NCBI GenBank assembly: GCA_038884975.1
Contig: JAWAAW010000003.1
Location: 19,502 to 83,501, forward strand
Direction of reading: 5' to 3'
Length of the DNA stretch: 64,000 nt
Source: Candidatus Woesearchaeota archaeon
GTDB lineage: Archaea > Nanobdellota > Nanobdellia > Woesearchaeales > ARS49
Part shown: one piece after another, positions 47,226 to 56,135 of the stretch
Numbering within the stretch: the first letter of the stretch is position 1
How the letters are laid out: each line of letters begins with the position of its first letter
Notes under the pieces: model-generated
Told to the model about the DNA's origin: nothing
What the model saw: only the letters and a program-made list of their open reading frames with translations
Database searches by the model: none
Translations under genes and position numbers: made by a program

Positions 47226-49706
47226 ATGACTGCAAGCAGAAGCATAACGGCATGGTTCGTCACGTTCCTGCTTGTAATCTCAACAGTTCTTGCAGCAGAG
47301 GATTTCACTGCTTCAGGAACCGCAAGAATTCTGACATTCGCGTGCAGCCCCGCAAGCGCACAAATCACAGTCTACAATACTGGAGACGTTGCAAGCGCTT
47401 ATGAGCTGATTGCAGAAGGAGATGCCAGAAAGTGGGTTTATTTTGAGCCCCAGTCATTTGTTTTGGAGCCAGGACAAAGCCAGGTTATTGATGAACATTT
47501 CTCAATACCCTGCAATGCAAAGGACGCAGTGCTTGACGTAATAATAGCAACAACCGAGCTTGAGCTTGTCCTGAGCCAGGAAATCATTGTTCAGACCCCA
47601 AATAACCTCGTCCTGACGCCTGTCGTTTATTCAAAAGAAATCCTGCCATGCGATTCTGCAGACTTTGTTTTTGTCCTAAGCAATCCTGCAGAGTTTGCAG
47701 AAACATACTCGCTGAGAGTCATTGATTCGCCTGCAGAAACATCCATAAGTGACACGAAGCTCACCCTTGAGCCGCACCAGAACGAAACAATCGCAATAAC
47801 AGTGCACCCGAAGGACTGCTCATTGTCAGGAGACTTTATACCGGTCCTGCAGGTCACTACAGAAAAAAGCAAAATAACTGCAGAAATAGAGATGTACCTG
47901 CACATCAGCAACCTGGACATACCTGTGATATGCAAGGGAATAGAAAAAATACGCGCAAATGTTGAACCGCAGGAAGCACAACTCGAAATAATCAACGAAG
48001 GAGACCGCACCACAACATATACGCTGTTGCTTGAGGGCGCAAGCTGGATAACAGTCCAGCCAGAACAACTAACAATACCGCCTCGCGACAGGAAAAACAT
48101 CAAGCTTGTCCTGCAACCAACTGAAACAACAGCACAAGGAAGGTATCCGATAAAGCTAACTGCAATAGTTGACAAGACAGGAAAGGAATACACAAAAGAA
48201 CTAACTGTTATCCTGAAAAACCCAACTTTTGCAGACAAACTCCTTGCAGAATACCTTGTTTACACAATAGCAGCCATAATTATTCTCATATTGCTTGTCG
48301 TGCTGGCAGTCTGGGGAATAAAGAAGTACAACACCCCTGAAGCAAAGGCAAAAAGGGCAGAAAGAAAGGCTGAAAGAAAGCGCCTGAGAGAAGAAAGAAA
48401 AGCCCAACGAGAGGCAGAACACAAGGCGCGCGAAGAACAAAGGAAGCGCGAGGAAGAAGAACAGGAAAGGAAGGAAAAGGAAGAACGCGAAAAAGAAATT
48501 AAACGCGAAAGAGAAATTGAACGTGAAAGGCTCATAGCACAAAAACAATACGAGAGACAGCTCAGGCGCGAAAACCTCATAATACCAAAAGACGAAATAA
48601 CGCCAGGAACCAGGCTTACTGGAAAGAAACTACTGAAACTTCTCGCCCTTATTGTGGTCCTCGCCATTATTGCTCTCGGGATTGCATACCTCAAGACACT
48701 CTCTGAAAATGCAGGAGCAATAATCCCGGGAATAATCATTCTTGCAATAATAATCATCCTGCACCGCATAAGAAGGCAGAAACTTTGTCGCCGGAAATAC
48801 AAGCTCGCACTCGCAAACAAGACAATGCACTTTGCAACAAAATGGAAGAAAGGACTCACAGAAGCGGCATTCAAGCTAAACACTGTTGTTGAAAGATTGG
48901 TCGTGAGTGCAAGGCGTTGCAAGCCAAGCGTGCCACCATACTCTGACTGCGTGTACCAAACATTTGTCATTGACGCAAACACCGACAAGGAAACGGTTTC
49001 GGAAGCAAAGCTGAGGTTCAAGGTCAAAAAATCATGGATGCTCAGGCACAACGTGGCACCAAGCTCAGTCAGGCTATTGCATTTGGGCGCTGACAGGTGG
49101 AACAGCATCGTTGCAGAACCAGTCAGCACTGATAACAAGTATGTTTATTTCGTTGCTGACACAGAAGGATTTGGCGAGTTCGCAATCATAGGAAAGCCAG
49201 GCAAGAAAGCCAGAAAGGAAAGAAAGCTTGCACGATGGGTCCTTCCAGCAATATTCGTACTCGTGGCACTTATTGCGCTCATATCGCTTGCAGTAATCGT
49301 CCAAGTCAACAGGACACCAACAATCGGAATCCCCCCACAAGTGTGGAAGCAGGACACACAACACACCCTTGACCTCTCGCAATACTTCAAGGACCCAGAC
49401 GGAGATCCCCTGACTTACAGTTCAGGCAGGACAGAGAACATTGAGATAATGTTTGTTGGCGACAAGGCAATATTCACGCCCCACTACGGATGGAGCGGAA
49501 CTGAAAGGGTTGTGTTCCTTGCTGACGACGGAAAAGGCGGGCTCGTCAAGAGCAACCCTGTGGAGCTTGTTGTTGAGCCAGAAGTGATTCCAAAATGGTG
49601 GAAGAGAAACGCAGGAAAAGTATTCGGCTACTCAATACTCTTGCTTGTGATACTTGCGCTTATTATATTTAGAAGGCCGCTTAAAAAAGTCATTGGCCTT
49701 GACTGA
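47226..49706 (+). CDS. Large multi-domain membrane/surface protein with an internal Lys/Arg/Glu-rich coiled-coil segment
   Basis: 826 aa: a signal peptide, an approximately 330-aa beta-rich domain, a TM, then about 100 aa of KAKRAERKAERKRLREERKAQREAEHKAREEQRKREEEEQERKEKEEREKEIKREREIERER, then three or four more TM segments with domains between them. Confidence 0.6.
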   Translation: MTASRSITAWFVTFLLVISTVLAAEDFTASGTARILTFACSPASAQITVYNTGDVASAYELIAEGDARKWVYFEPQSFVLEPGQSQVIDEHFSIPCNAKDAVLDVIIATTELELVLSQEIIVQTPNNLVLTPVVYSKEILPCDSADFVFVLSNPAEFAETYSLRVIDSPAETSISDTKLTLEPHQNETIAITVHPKDCSLSGDFIPVLQVTTEKSKITAEIEMYLHISNLDIPVICKGIEKIRANVEPQEAQLEIINEGDRTTTYTLLLEGASWITVQPEQLTIPPRDRKNIKLVLQPTETTAQGRYPIKLTAIVDKTGKEYTKELTVILKNPTFADKLLAEYLVYTIAAIIILILLVVLAVWGIKKYNTPEAKAKRAERKAERKRLREERKAQREAEHKAREEQRKREEEEQERKEKEEREKEIKREREIERERLIAQKQYERQLRRENLIIPKDEITPGTRLTGKKLLKLLALIVVLAIIALGIAYLKTLSENAGAIIPGIIILAIIIILHRIRRQKLCRRKYKLALANKTMHFATKWKKGLTEAAFKLNTVVERLVVSARRCKPSVPPYSDCVYQTFVIDANTDKETVSEAKLRFKVKKSWMLRHNVAPSSVRLLHLGADRWNSIVAEPVSTDNKYVYFVADTEGFGEFAIIGKPGKKARKERKLARWVLPAIFVLVALIALISLAVIVQVNRTPTIGIPPQVWKQDTQHTLDLSQYFKDPDGDPLTYSSGRTENIEIMFVGDKAIFTPHYGWSGTERVVFLADDGKGGLVKSNPVELVVEPEVIPKWWKRNAGKVFGYSILLLVILALIIFRRPLKKVIGLD

Positions 49707-49718
49707 TTCTTTTTGATA

Positions 49719-49790
49719 TGGGCGCGCTCGGATTCGAACCGAGAACCGCCGGTCTGGAGCCGGCTATTTTGCCGTTGAAACTACGCGCCC
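49719..49790 (-). tRNA. tRNA-Trp (anticodon CCA), 3' CCA not encoded
   Basis: Minus-strand sequence GGGCGCGTAGTTTCAACGGCAAAATAGCCGGCTCCAGACCGGCGGTTCTCGGTTCGAATCCGAGCGCGCCC plus a discriminator A. It has a 7-bp acceptor stem and an anticodon loop CUCCAGA (U33, C34 C35 A36). The T-arm ends GGTTCGAATCC. Confidence 0.85.
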
Positions 49791-49821
49791 TTGGGTTAAA
49801 AATAATTTCTTATCGGTCTAT

Positions 49822-50484
49822 TTAAAGTTTATTCCACATCTGCCTTTGAAGGTATCTCCTGCCTTCAATGTCGTACAAGCAGATGTCCCATTTTTCATTG
49901 CTCACAAGCCTTGCCTCAAGCCTGACGAGCTTGTGGTCAGGATATCCGTTTGCGTCAATGAAGCTTTGCGCCTTGTAAAGACTGTTGTGCTTTCGCTTCC
50001 TATGATGCGAGTGGTTGTCAGTCCGCCTTAACGGCCCATCAACCTTGACAAGCATGCCTGACGCAACAAAATCAACCTCTGTAACAACAAGCCCTGATGC
50101 CCTGAACTGCACACCCTCATAAATATCTCCCTTTCCAAAGATGTACGTGCCATTCCTGCGTATGTACTCAAAGAGCGGAAGCGTTTCTGGAGAGCGTCCT
50201 GCAAGCCTTGACTGAAAACTTGCGCAGTAAGACTCAAAATCCAGTATTTCATAACTGAAATGAATCCCTGCATAATCCCTGTTAAGCATTTTTGCCCATT
50301 CTTTTACCCTTTCCTCCAAGACAATTTGCGTGAAAAGAAGAGACGCCCTGTTTCGGGAATCGTGAAAAATGCCCGCAACCGCCCACCCCGGAATTCCTGT
50401 CCTACGCTCAAAACTATTGCTCCTTACAAACCTGAAAATCTCCCTTTGCACTTCCCTTGTCAGACCCCTGTTTTTGTCGTGCAT
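49822..50484 (-). CDS. Hypothetical protein
   Basis: 220 aa, soluble, His-rich patch (HSHHRKRKH). No family recognised by eye. Co-oriented with the PolX and NUDIX genes. Confidence 0.45.
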   Translation of the reverse strand: MHDKNRGLTREVQREIFRFVRSNSFERRTGIPGWAVAGIFHDSRNRASLLFTQIVLEERVKEWAKMLNRDYAGIHFSYEILDFESYCASFQSRLAGRSPETLPLFEYIRRNGTYIFGKGDIYEGVQFRASGLVVTEVDFVASGMLVKVDGPLRRTDNHSHHRKRKHNSLYKAQSFIDANGYPDHKLVRLEARLVSNEKWDICLYDIEGRRYLQRQMWNKL

Positions 50485-50504
50485 TCAACAACGAACTGGG
50501 AGGT

Positions 50505-50846
50505 CTATTTAAAATTGATGATGTCACCAATTCTTGTTCCTGACTTGCTGATTGTGCCTTCAGGAAGCTCAATGACAAACATCGCCTTCTGCTTGGGAGT
50601 GTAAACTCTTTTTGGCCGCAATCCCTCAACCACGTCTATGACCTCCCAATGGTCATTCAAAAAAAGCACGTCAAGATAATGCCTTACGAAAAAAGTATGA
50701 ATTGAAGCAGTTGTTGGTTTCTTGAAGGCAAGGATTGTGGGAATGATTTTCTTTTTGAACATCAGCCCGATTCCGCGCGTGAAAAAGTTGCTGCAGACAT
50801 TGAACTTGTTCGCAAGAATTGTGCCTTTTTTGACATTCTTAATCAT
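50505..50846 (-). CDS. DUF192 (COG1430) family protein
   Basis: 113 aa with RGIGLMF...LDVLFLNDHWEVIDV...FVIELPEGT...GDII, the characteristic DUF192 pattern. Confidence 0.65.
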   Translation of the reverse strand: MIKNVKKGTILANKFNVCSNFFTRGIGLMFKKKIIPTILAFKKPTTASIHTFFVRHYLDVLFLNDHWEVIDVVEGLRPKRVYTPKQKAMFVIELPEGTISKSGTRIGDIINFK

Positions 50847-51119
50847 TTATTTCACGTATGGCATTATTTTGTCTTGTATCAGTTTCAGAAGCTCCATCCT
50901 TTTTGCGCACTGCACCCTTTTGCGATTCATTGTTGAACCTGCCTTGCCAAACGCCTTCAAATCGTTTTTGCATTTTTCAATCTCAACATTAAGCCAGTGC
51001 ATGAGGCTTTCAGGACCAGAAATTTTTGCTTCAGAAATCATTTTCAGGATGATTGGGAATTCAGGAGTATCCTGCAGGTGTGGAGGAACTTTTTCCTTGA
51101 TTGTTTCCTTGAACGACAT
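50847..51119 (-). CDS. Hypothetical small protein
   Basis: 90 aa, helical. Tightly packed between the DUF192 and PolX genes (0-15 nt gaps). Confidence 0.4.
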   Translation of the reverse strand: MSFKETIKEKVPPHLQDTPEFPIILKMISEAKISGPESLMHWLNVEIEKCKNDLKAFGKAGSTMNRKRVQCAKRMELLKLIQDKIMPYVK

Positions 51120-51134
51120 AATGTTGCCTCTTGC

Positions 51135-52853
51135 CTACTTGCTTATATGCTTTTCCAATTTATTCCACTTCCACGTGTTAATGACGTCTTTCTCCTCTGC
51201 CCAGCCGCGCCTTGCCTGAGCAATCCCGAACCTCATGACCGGCAAATGGTTTGTGTTATGCGAGTCAGTGCCGATGCAGAGCTTTGCTCCTGCCTCAACA
51301 GCCATCCTTACGTGAGAGTCCTTGAGGTCAAGACGCAAGGGAAATGCATTTATTTCCAACGCAACATTGTTTTCTTTCGCTGCTTCAATTACTCTTTCCA
51401 TATTCACGGCATAAGGTTCTCTTGTGCCAATAAGCCTTCCTGTCGGATGACCAAGCACGTTCATCTGTCCTGTCTCAATAGCCCTGATGATGCGCTTTGT
51501 CATTTCCTCCTCTGACGACTTGAAGCGCGAATGCACTGACGCGACAACCCAGTCAAGCTGGTCAAGCAATTTTTTTGAATAATCAAGAGAGCCGTCGTTC
51601 ATTATGTTAACTTCTGAACCACAAAGCACACGAATCCTGCCAGCATACTTCTTTTTGAGCTTCTCAATTTCTGCAATGTATTTTGCAAGCCTTTTTTCCT
51701 CCATCCCGTGCGCAATGTGCTCGCTCTTGCTGTGGTCAGTCAATGCAATGTATTCGTAACCCATTTTTATTGCTGCCTGAACCATTTCTTCCAGGGTATT
51801 GACGCCATCACTCCATTTTGAATGCGTGTGCAAGTCTCCCCTGATTGAGTCATAACCAATTATTCTGGGCAGTTTTCCAGCCCTTGCTGCCTCAATTTCA
51901 CCACTATTCTGCCTAAGTTCTGGCTCAACATATTGCAAACCAAGTTTTTTGTAAATCTCCTCCTCTGTTTTTCCTGCAACCTGCTTTTTTCCCTTGAACA
52001 AGCCATACTCGCTAAGCTTCAGCCCCTTTCTTATTGCAATCTGGCGCAAAGCAATGTTGTGGTCCTTGCTTCCTGTGAAGTACTGCAGGGCAGCTCCAAA
52101 ACTCCTTGGCTCAAGAACCCTGACATCTGCATTAACACCATCCTTGAGCTGAACACTGCTTTTTGTTTTTCCTCTCGCAAGAACCCTAACAACATCAGGC
52201 ATTGAGACAAAAGTGTCCATAACAATTTCCGGCTTTACCGAAATGACAAGTATGTCTATGTCACCAATCGTTTCCTGCATCCTCCTCAATGAGCCAGCAG
52301 GCGTTATTACCTTGACTTCCTTGAGTTTTTTCAAGTGCTGAATTATCTCCTGACTTATCAGCCATGCCTTCCCAAGATTAATCCTCTCCTGGCCCTTCCT
52401 GAGGGTGGCAATGCCCTTAAGTATGTCCTCTTCTGTTTTTGCACCAAAACCCTTCAACTGCCTAATTTTTCCTTGTTTGCACGCTTTTTCCAGCTCATCC
52501 ACGCTCCTGATGTTAAGTTCCTTGTACAACCTCCACGCCTTTTTTGGTCCAACACCCATGATGTGCATCATTGCATGCACGCCCTCAGGGAGTTTCCCTG
52601 TCAGTTTTTCGTATTCCTTTATTCTTCCTGTGTCAATGTACTCTATTATCTTGTCAGCAATGCTTTCACCTATGCCAGGAATTTCCATCAATGCCTTTTT
52701 TCCACCTTTTTTCAGAATAAGCTCAACATCCTCTGCTGCGTCAACAGCCCGCGCGGCATTCCTGTATGCACGGGGCTTCCACTGCACTCCCTGCATTTCA
52801 AGCAGGTCAGCCATTTCATAAAAAATACCTGCAATCTCTGAATTCTTCGTCAT
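51135..52853 (-). CDS. polX: DNA polymerase X family protein with C-terminal PHP phosphoesterase domain
   Basis: An N-terminal Pol-beta-like region has HhH (EIPGIGESIADKI) and a nucleotidyltransferase core. The C-terminus has DLHTHSKWSDG...ALTDHS PHP motifs. 572 aa. Confidence 0.85.
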   Translation of the reverse strand: MTKNSEIAGIFYEMADLLEMQGVQWKPRAYRNAARAVDAAEDVELILKKGGKKALMEIPGIGESIADKIIEYIDTGRIKEYEKLTGKLPEGVHAMMHIMGVGPKKAWRLYKELNIRSVDELEKACKQGKIRQLKGFGAKTEEDILKGIATLRKGQERINLGKAWLISQEIIQHLKKLKEVKVITPAGSLRRMQETIGDIDILVISVKPEIVMDTFVSMPDVVRVLARGKTKSSVQLKDGVNADVRVLEPRSFGAALQYFTGSKDHNIALRQIAIRKGLKLSEYGLFKGKKQVAGKTEEEIYKKLGLQYVEPELRQNSGEIEAARAGKLPRIIGYDSIRGDLHTHSKWSDGVNTLEEMVQAAIKMGYEYIALTDHSKSEHIAHGMEEKRLAKYIAEIEKLKKKYAGRIRVLCGSEVNIMNDGSLDYSKKLLDQLDWVVASVHSRFKSSEEEMTKRIIRAIETGQMNVLGHPTGRLIGTREPYAVNMERVIEAAKENNVALEINAFPLRLDLKDSHVRMAVEAGAKLCIGTDSHNTNHLPVMRFGIAQARRGWAEEKDVINTWKWNKLEKHISK

Positions 52854-52861
52854 ACGAACCT

Positions 52862-53302
52862 TTACAAACTCTCTTTCTCTCTTTTCTCAATGAACTTCTG
52901 GGCCTTCCTTAATAGTTCTTTTGAGTCCTTATGTTTTAATACTTTTTCTGCTTCAGCAAGAGTGAACCAGCCCGGCTTGATGTGCTCATACGATATTTTT
53001 GCCTCCTTTGTCTGGGTTTCTGCAAGGTAATAAACAACTGTTTTACGCGTCAGCCTGCCCTCAAGCTTGTACCACCACTGCACTTTTTCCTCAAAACCGG
53101 GAATGAATTCAAGATCAATGAGCCCTGCTTCCTCCTGAGCCTCCCTCCTCGCGGTCTCCAACGGGTCCTCATTTTTTTCAACATGTCCCTTAACAAGGTC
53201 CCAATACTCTGTCTTGTATTTCTTGAATAACAAAAGATAAAGAATTTCTTTCCCTTCCCTCCTGAATATTATCACACCTGCGCTTTTCTCATGCTCTGGC
53301 AT
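52862..53302 (-). CDS. NUDIX hydrolase
   Basis: Nudix box GHVEKNEDPLETARREAQEEAGL (Gx5Ex7REUxEExGU). 146 aa. Confidence 0.85.
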   Translation of the reverse strand: MPEHEKSAGVIIFRREGKEILYLLLFKKYKTEYWDLVKGHVEKNEDPLETARREAQEEAGLIDLEFIPGFEEKVQWWYKLEGRLTRKTVVYYLAETQTKEAKISYEHIKPGWFTLAEAEKVLKHKDSKELLRKAQKFIEKREKESL

Positions 53303-53318
53303 TGCTCACAGTAAAATC

Positions 53319-53333
53319 GCGAGCTTTATAAAT
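53319..53333 (+). promoter_or_regulatory. BRE/TATA CGCGAGC-TTTATAAA centred 26 nt upstream of ATG 53355 (leaderless)
   Basis: Reads cgcgagctttataaatgcc. The spacing to the ATG fits a leaderless transcript. Confidence 0.4.
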
Positions 53334-53354
53334 GCCTATGCTGTTTATGAGAGC

Positions 53355-54140
53355 ATGAACTGGAAATTCTATTTTTTACTGGCGCTTGTTTTGGTCCTTT
53401 GCCTTACGGGATGCAGGCAAAAGGAATTTGTTACGATAAGCACTGGCGAACAAGTCCCTGTCAAGAATGAAACAATGCCTGTTGCTCCTGCAGAACCGGT
53501 TCCTGCGCCTTTTGAGGAAATCATGAACAAGACAGAAAAGCCCGTTGTTAATGTTACGCCAATGATTAAGGAGGAAGGAATTTATGAGCGACCGCCTGAA
53601 GAACCGCCAAGCATTGCCAAGTTCCTTGAACAGTTCAGAAAGGAAGTAAAAGACTACACCTTTACGTATAAGAGCGACAAGTGGTTAGTGAAAGGGAAAA
53701 AGGCAAAAATAATCCTGTTCAGGACTTTGCAAAACCAATACACTGCACCCTTCATCGACACAATCTACATTGACTTGGAGAAGCGCACGGCATTTGGAAC
53801 GTGCGAAGGATACAACAATAACATCAAAGTGCAGTGCGCCCAGCGCGAAACCCTTGGCAAGCCTTATGCAGTGCCTTACATGCAGTTCAAGATTCAATTG
53901 CCTGAGGACTGGCTAACAGACCTGCAAAACCTTTATTTCACTGTTGCTGATGCGCCAAGACTCGCCGCAGACAGGCCAACAGTGCACCTGAAGCACCAGT
54001 CACAAAAACGCGTCATCGACATATACATAGACCCTTCTTCAGGACTGCCTGTTGCAGTTGTTGACAACGGCACAGAATACCATTATCAAGGCCTTGCAAA
54101 AAACCAAATAAGCCCAACCGAAAAGATGTCTGCCCAGTAA
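53355..54140 (+). CDS. Putative lipoprotein (lipobox LTGC), paralogue of 54175..55026
   Basis: MNWKFYFLLALVLVLCLTGC signal. The C-terminal half shares blocks with the next gene (KGKKAKIILFRT/RGNKVRVLLRTP, PEDWLTDLQN/PDDWLKEYLN, SGLPVAVVDNGTEYHYQ/AGLPIKVVKGPLDRYEYD). Confidence 0.6.
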   Translation: MNWKFYFLLALVLVLCLTGCRQKEFVTISTGEQVPVKNETMPVAPAEPVPAPFEEIMNKTEKPVVNVTPMIKEEGIYERPPEEPPSIAKFLEQFRKEVKDYTFTYKSDKWLVKGKKAKIILFRTLQNQYTAPFIDTIYIDLEKRTAFGTCEGYNNNIKVQCAQRETLGKPYAVPYMQFKIQLPEDWLTDLQNLYFTVADAPRLAADRPTVHLKHQSQKRVIDIYIDPSSGLPVAVVDNGTEYHYQGLAKNQISPTEKMSAQ

Positions 54141-54174
54141 GATTAATATAATACCCAAACAGAAAGCAATCCTT

Positions 54175-55026
54175 ATGAAGAAATTCCTTGCTTTGTTCAC
54201 GCTTTTGATGCTTGCAGCATGCACTGCAGAAACACCAATTGAACCAGCACTGCCTCAGCCCGCAGTCCAGCCAGAAGCGGTTGAGCCTGTTGCTGAAACA
54301 CAAGAGCCAGAAGAACATCAGGCGCCTGTGCTTGAAGACGACACTGCAAAAAGGCTTGCACAAGAGCAGGCAGAAAAAATTGCAGAATCACTTGAGCACA
54401 TCCAGACCTTCCCTACAAGGGAGAGAAAGACAATAGTTGGAGAAATGGCTGATGTTTATAACACTCTTGATTCTTACAAGTTCAAGACCTCAAAAGGAAC
54501 ATTCTACGTAAGAGGGAACAAAGTAAGAGTGCTGTTACGCACGCCAATAATCAAGCGAGGCATCATGCAGGGCACCACACGCTATTCTGAGATAGTTGTT
54601 GATGAGGTAATCCTTGATCGCTTCAGAAAAGAAGCAACAGGATACTGTTTCGGAATCACTGAAGAAACAAGAAACGAGTGCGGCACGCTGAAAATATTTG
54701 ACACGGCATTCAATCTTTCTTATGATGAAGTGGCTGAAAAGATGCCTGATGATTGGCTAAAAGAATACCTGAACGTGCCACCTGTTGAGGAAGAGCACGA
54801 GAAATACTTCCTGAACGGAATTGAAACCATAAGAGTGCGGTTCAAGGACGGCGTTGAAATGTACTTCTCACCAAGAGCAGGCCTCCCGATAAAAGTGGTA
54901 AAAGGACCGCTCGACCGCTACGAATACGACAACCTCGTGCCCAACCAGGTAAGGCCAGAGGACGTAATCCACAGGTCAAGGGAAGAAATTCCTGCAACAG
55001 AACTGTTCTACAAGCAAATCTACTAA
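54175..55026 (+). CDS. Putative lipoprotein (lipobox LAAC), paralogue of 53355..54140
   Basis: MKKFLALFTLLMLAAC signal, an acidic/Pro-rich linker, then a domain paralogous to the previous gene. Confidence 0.6.
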   Translation: MKKFLALFTLLMLAACTAETPIEPALPQPAVQPEAVEPVAETQEPEEHQAPVLEDDTAKRLAQEQAEKIAESLEHIQTFPTRERKTIVGEMADVYNTLDSYKFKTSKGTFYVRGNKVRVLLRTPIIKRGIMQGTTRYSEIVVDEVILDRFRKEATGYCFGITEETRNECGTLKIFDTAFNLSYDEVAEKMPDDWLKEYLNVPPVEEEHEKYFLNGIETIRVRFKDGVEMYFSPRAGLPIKVVKGPLDRYEYDNLVPNQVRPEDVIHRSREEIPATELFYKQIY

Positions 55027-55029
55027 AAA

Positions 55030-55251
55030 ATGGCGCGGCTTTATGCAACCATTCCGCCAGAAATCCTCAATGCGCTGAAAAAAGAGGCAAAGAAAAAAGA
55101 AATTGCTGTTTCTGCACTGGTCAGGTTTGTCCTTGTACAGCACGTTTGGAGAAAGGCAAGCAAGAAGGACAAGCAGCACTGGCTCGAAGCAATTTATGCA
55201 GGAAAGGCAAGGCGTAAAATAAAAGAATTTGAGGACTTATTCAGCGACTGA
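55030..55251 (+). CDS. Small ribbon-helix-helix-like DNA-binding protein (putative)
   Basis: 73 aa. LYATIPPEILNALKKEAKKKEIAVSALVRFVL fits a beta-strand then two helices, as in an RHH fold. Basic C-terminus. Confidence 0.4.
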   Translation: MARLYATIPPEILNALKKEAKKKEIAVSALVRFVLVQHVWRKASKKDKQHWLEAIYAGKARRKIKEFEDLFSD

Positions 55252-55804
55252 GTTTTTCAATTGCTTCCAAAGCCTCAGGAAGCTCTGTCACGCCGTCATC
55301 ACCTGTGAAGTGCCCCTTGCCCGTCTCAATAATTATCTCTGCATTGAGCCTGTTCCTGAACATTTCAGCATTCTCAACAGGCACCCATTCATCATCGTCA
55401 CAGAATATTGCAATTATCCTGTTTGCCGCGCTTTTTACCTTGTCGGTGTTGATTGGCGTTTCCAGCCACGGATTTGCGACTGCCTGTTCTTCTGTCCCGA
55501 GCTTTTTCAGAGTAAACCAGCCACCAACAAAAAGAACGCCGCCAACCTTTCCATTTGCTTTCTCAAGGTAACGCATTATTGTCTGACAACCAATGCTGTG
55601 CCCAACGAGAAAAGTGTCCTTGTCCGGCTTTCCAACAACCCTTGCGAGATGAGAAACCCATGCGTCAATCCTTGGAATGTTCGTGTCAGGCATTGCAGGC
55701 ACTTCAACCCTGAACCCCTTTTCCTCAAGCTTTCTCTTCAGCCAAGGAAACCAACTGCCCTCGGGATTGTCAGACCAGCCGTGCACGATAATGACGCGCT
55801 TCAC
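55241..55804 (-). CDS. Alpha/beta-hydrolase, RBBP9/YdeN-like serine hydrolase
   Basis: 187 aa. VIIVHGWSD... then GHSIGC (GxSxG nucleophile elbow). Confidence 0.7.
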   Translation of the reverse strand: MKRVIIVHGWSDNPEGSWFPWLKRKLEEKGFRVEVPAMPDTNIPRIDAWVSHLARVVGKPDKDTFLVGHSIGCQTIMRYLEKANGKVGGVLFVGGWFTLKKLGTEEQAVANPWLETPINTDKVKSAANRIIAIFCDDDEWVPVENAEMFRNRLNAEIIIETGKGHFTGDDGVTELPEALEAIEKLSR

Positions 55805-56124
55805 TTTATTTCCACCGGAATAATCCTAATGATTTTTCCAAGGCTCTCAAGAATGTCTGTGCCGCTGTAGCCTGCAAGAAAAGCAATTGGTTTGCTGATG
55901 CTTGTCAGCAAGCCAAGAATGCTGCCAATCACGACAGCCATAATGACCGTGATGCAGAAATAGCCCCACCGGATTCTTCTTTTTGCGGCAATACTCTTAC
56001 CAAGCCCGACCATTGCGCGCAGCAAGCCGCCTGCACCGCCAAGAAGCGCGCCAACAAGCAACCGGTCTGTCATACCCACCAAAAAGAACGAGCAATGTTT
56101 ATAAACTTTATCAACAGCAACCAA
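55801..56124 (-). CDS. Small membrane protein, unknown function
   Basis: 107 aa with two or three hydrophobic segments and a Gly-rich stretch (LLGGAGGLL). 4-nt overlap with the downstream hydrolase. Confidence 0.4.
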   Translation of the reverse strand: MVAVDKVYKHCSFFLVGMTDRLLVGALLGGAGGLLRAMVGLGKSIAAKRRIRWGYFCITVIMAVVIGSILGLLTSISKPIAFLAGYSGTDILESLGKIIRIIPVEIK

Positions 56125-56135
56125 AAGGAAGCAGA

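Noticed and set aside
48260-49138. 292-aa minus-strand ORF (S/F/L-rich)
   Set aside because: It is antisense to the purine-rich K/R/E coding segment of the 826-aa protein. Its composition is an artefact of reading the low-complexity repeat backwards.
49719-49790. tRNA-Trp as an integration site for a genomic island carrying the glycosylation locus
   Set aside because: There is no integrase, recombinase, direct repeat of the tRNA 3' end, or transposase anywhere in the window. The tRNA is 8 kb from the glycosylation genes with surface-protein genes between them.
49822-50484. Possible tRNA-His guanylyltransferase (Thg1-like) or other tRNA enzyme next to tRNA-Trp
   Set aside because: The idea came only from adjacency to the tRNA. 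I could not identify Thg1 or 2H/LigT catalytic motifs by eye. It is left as hypothetical.
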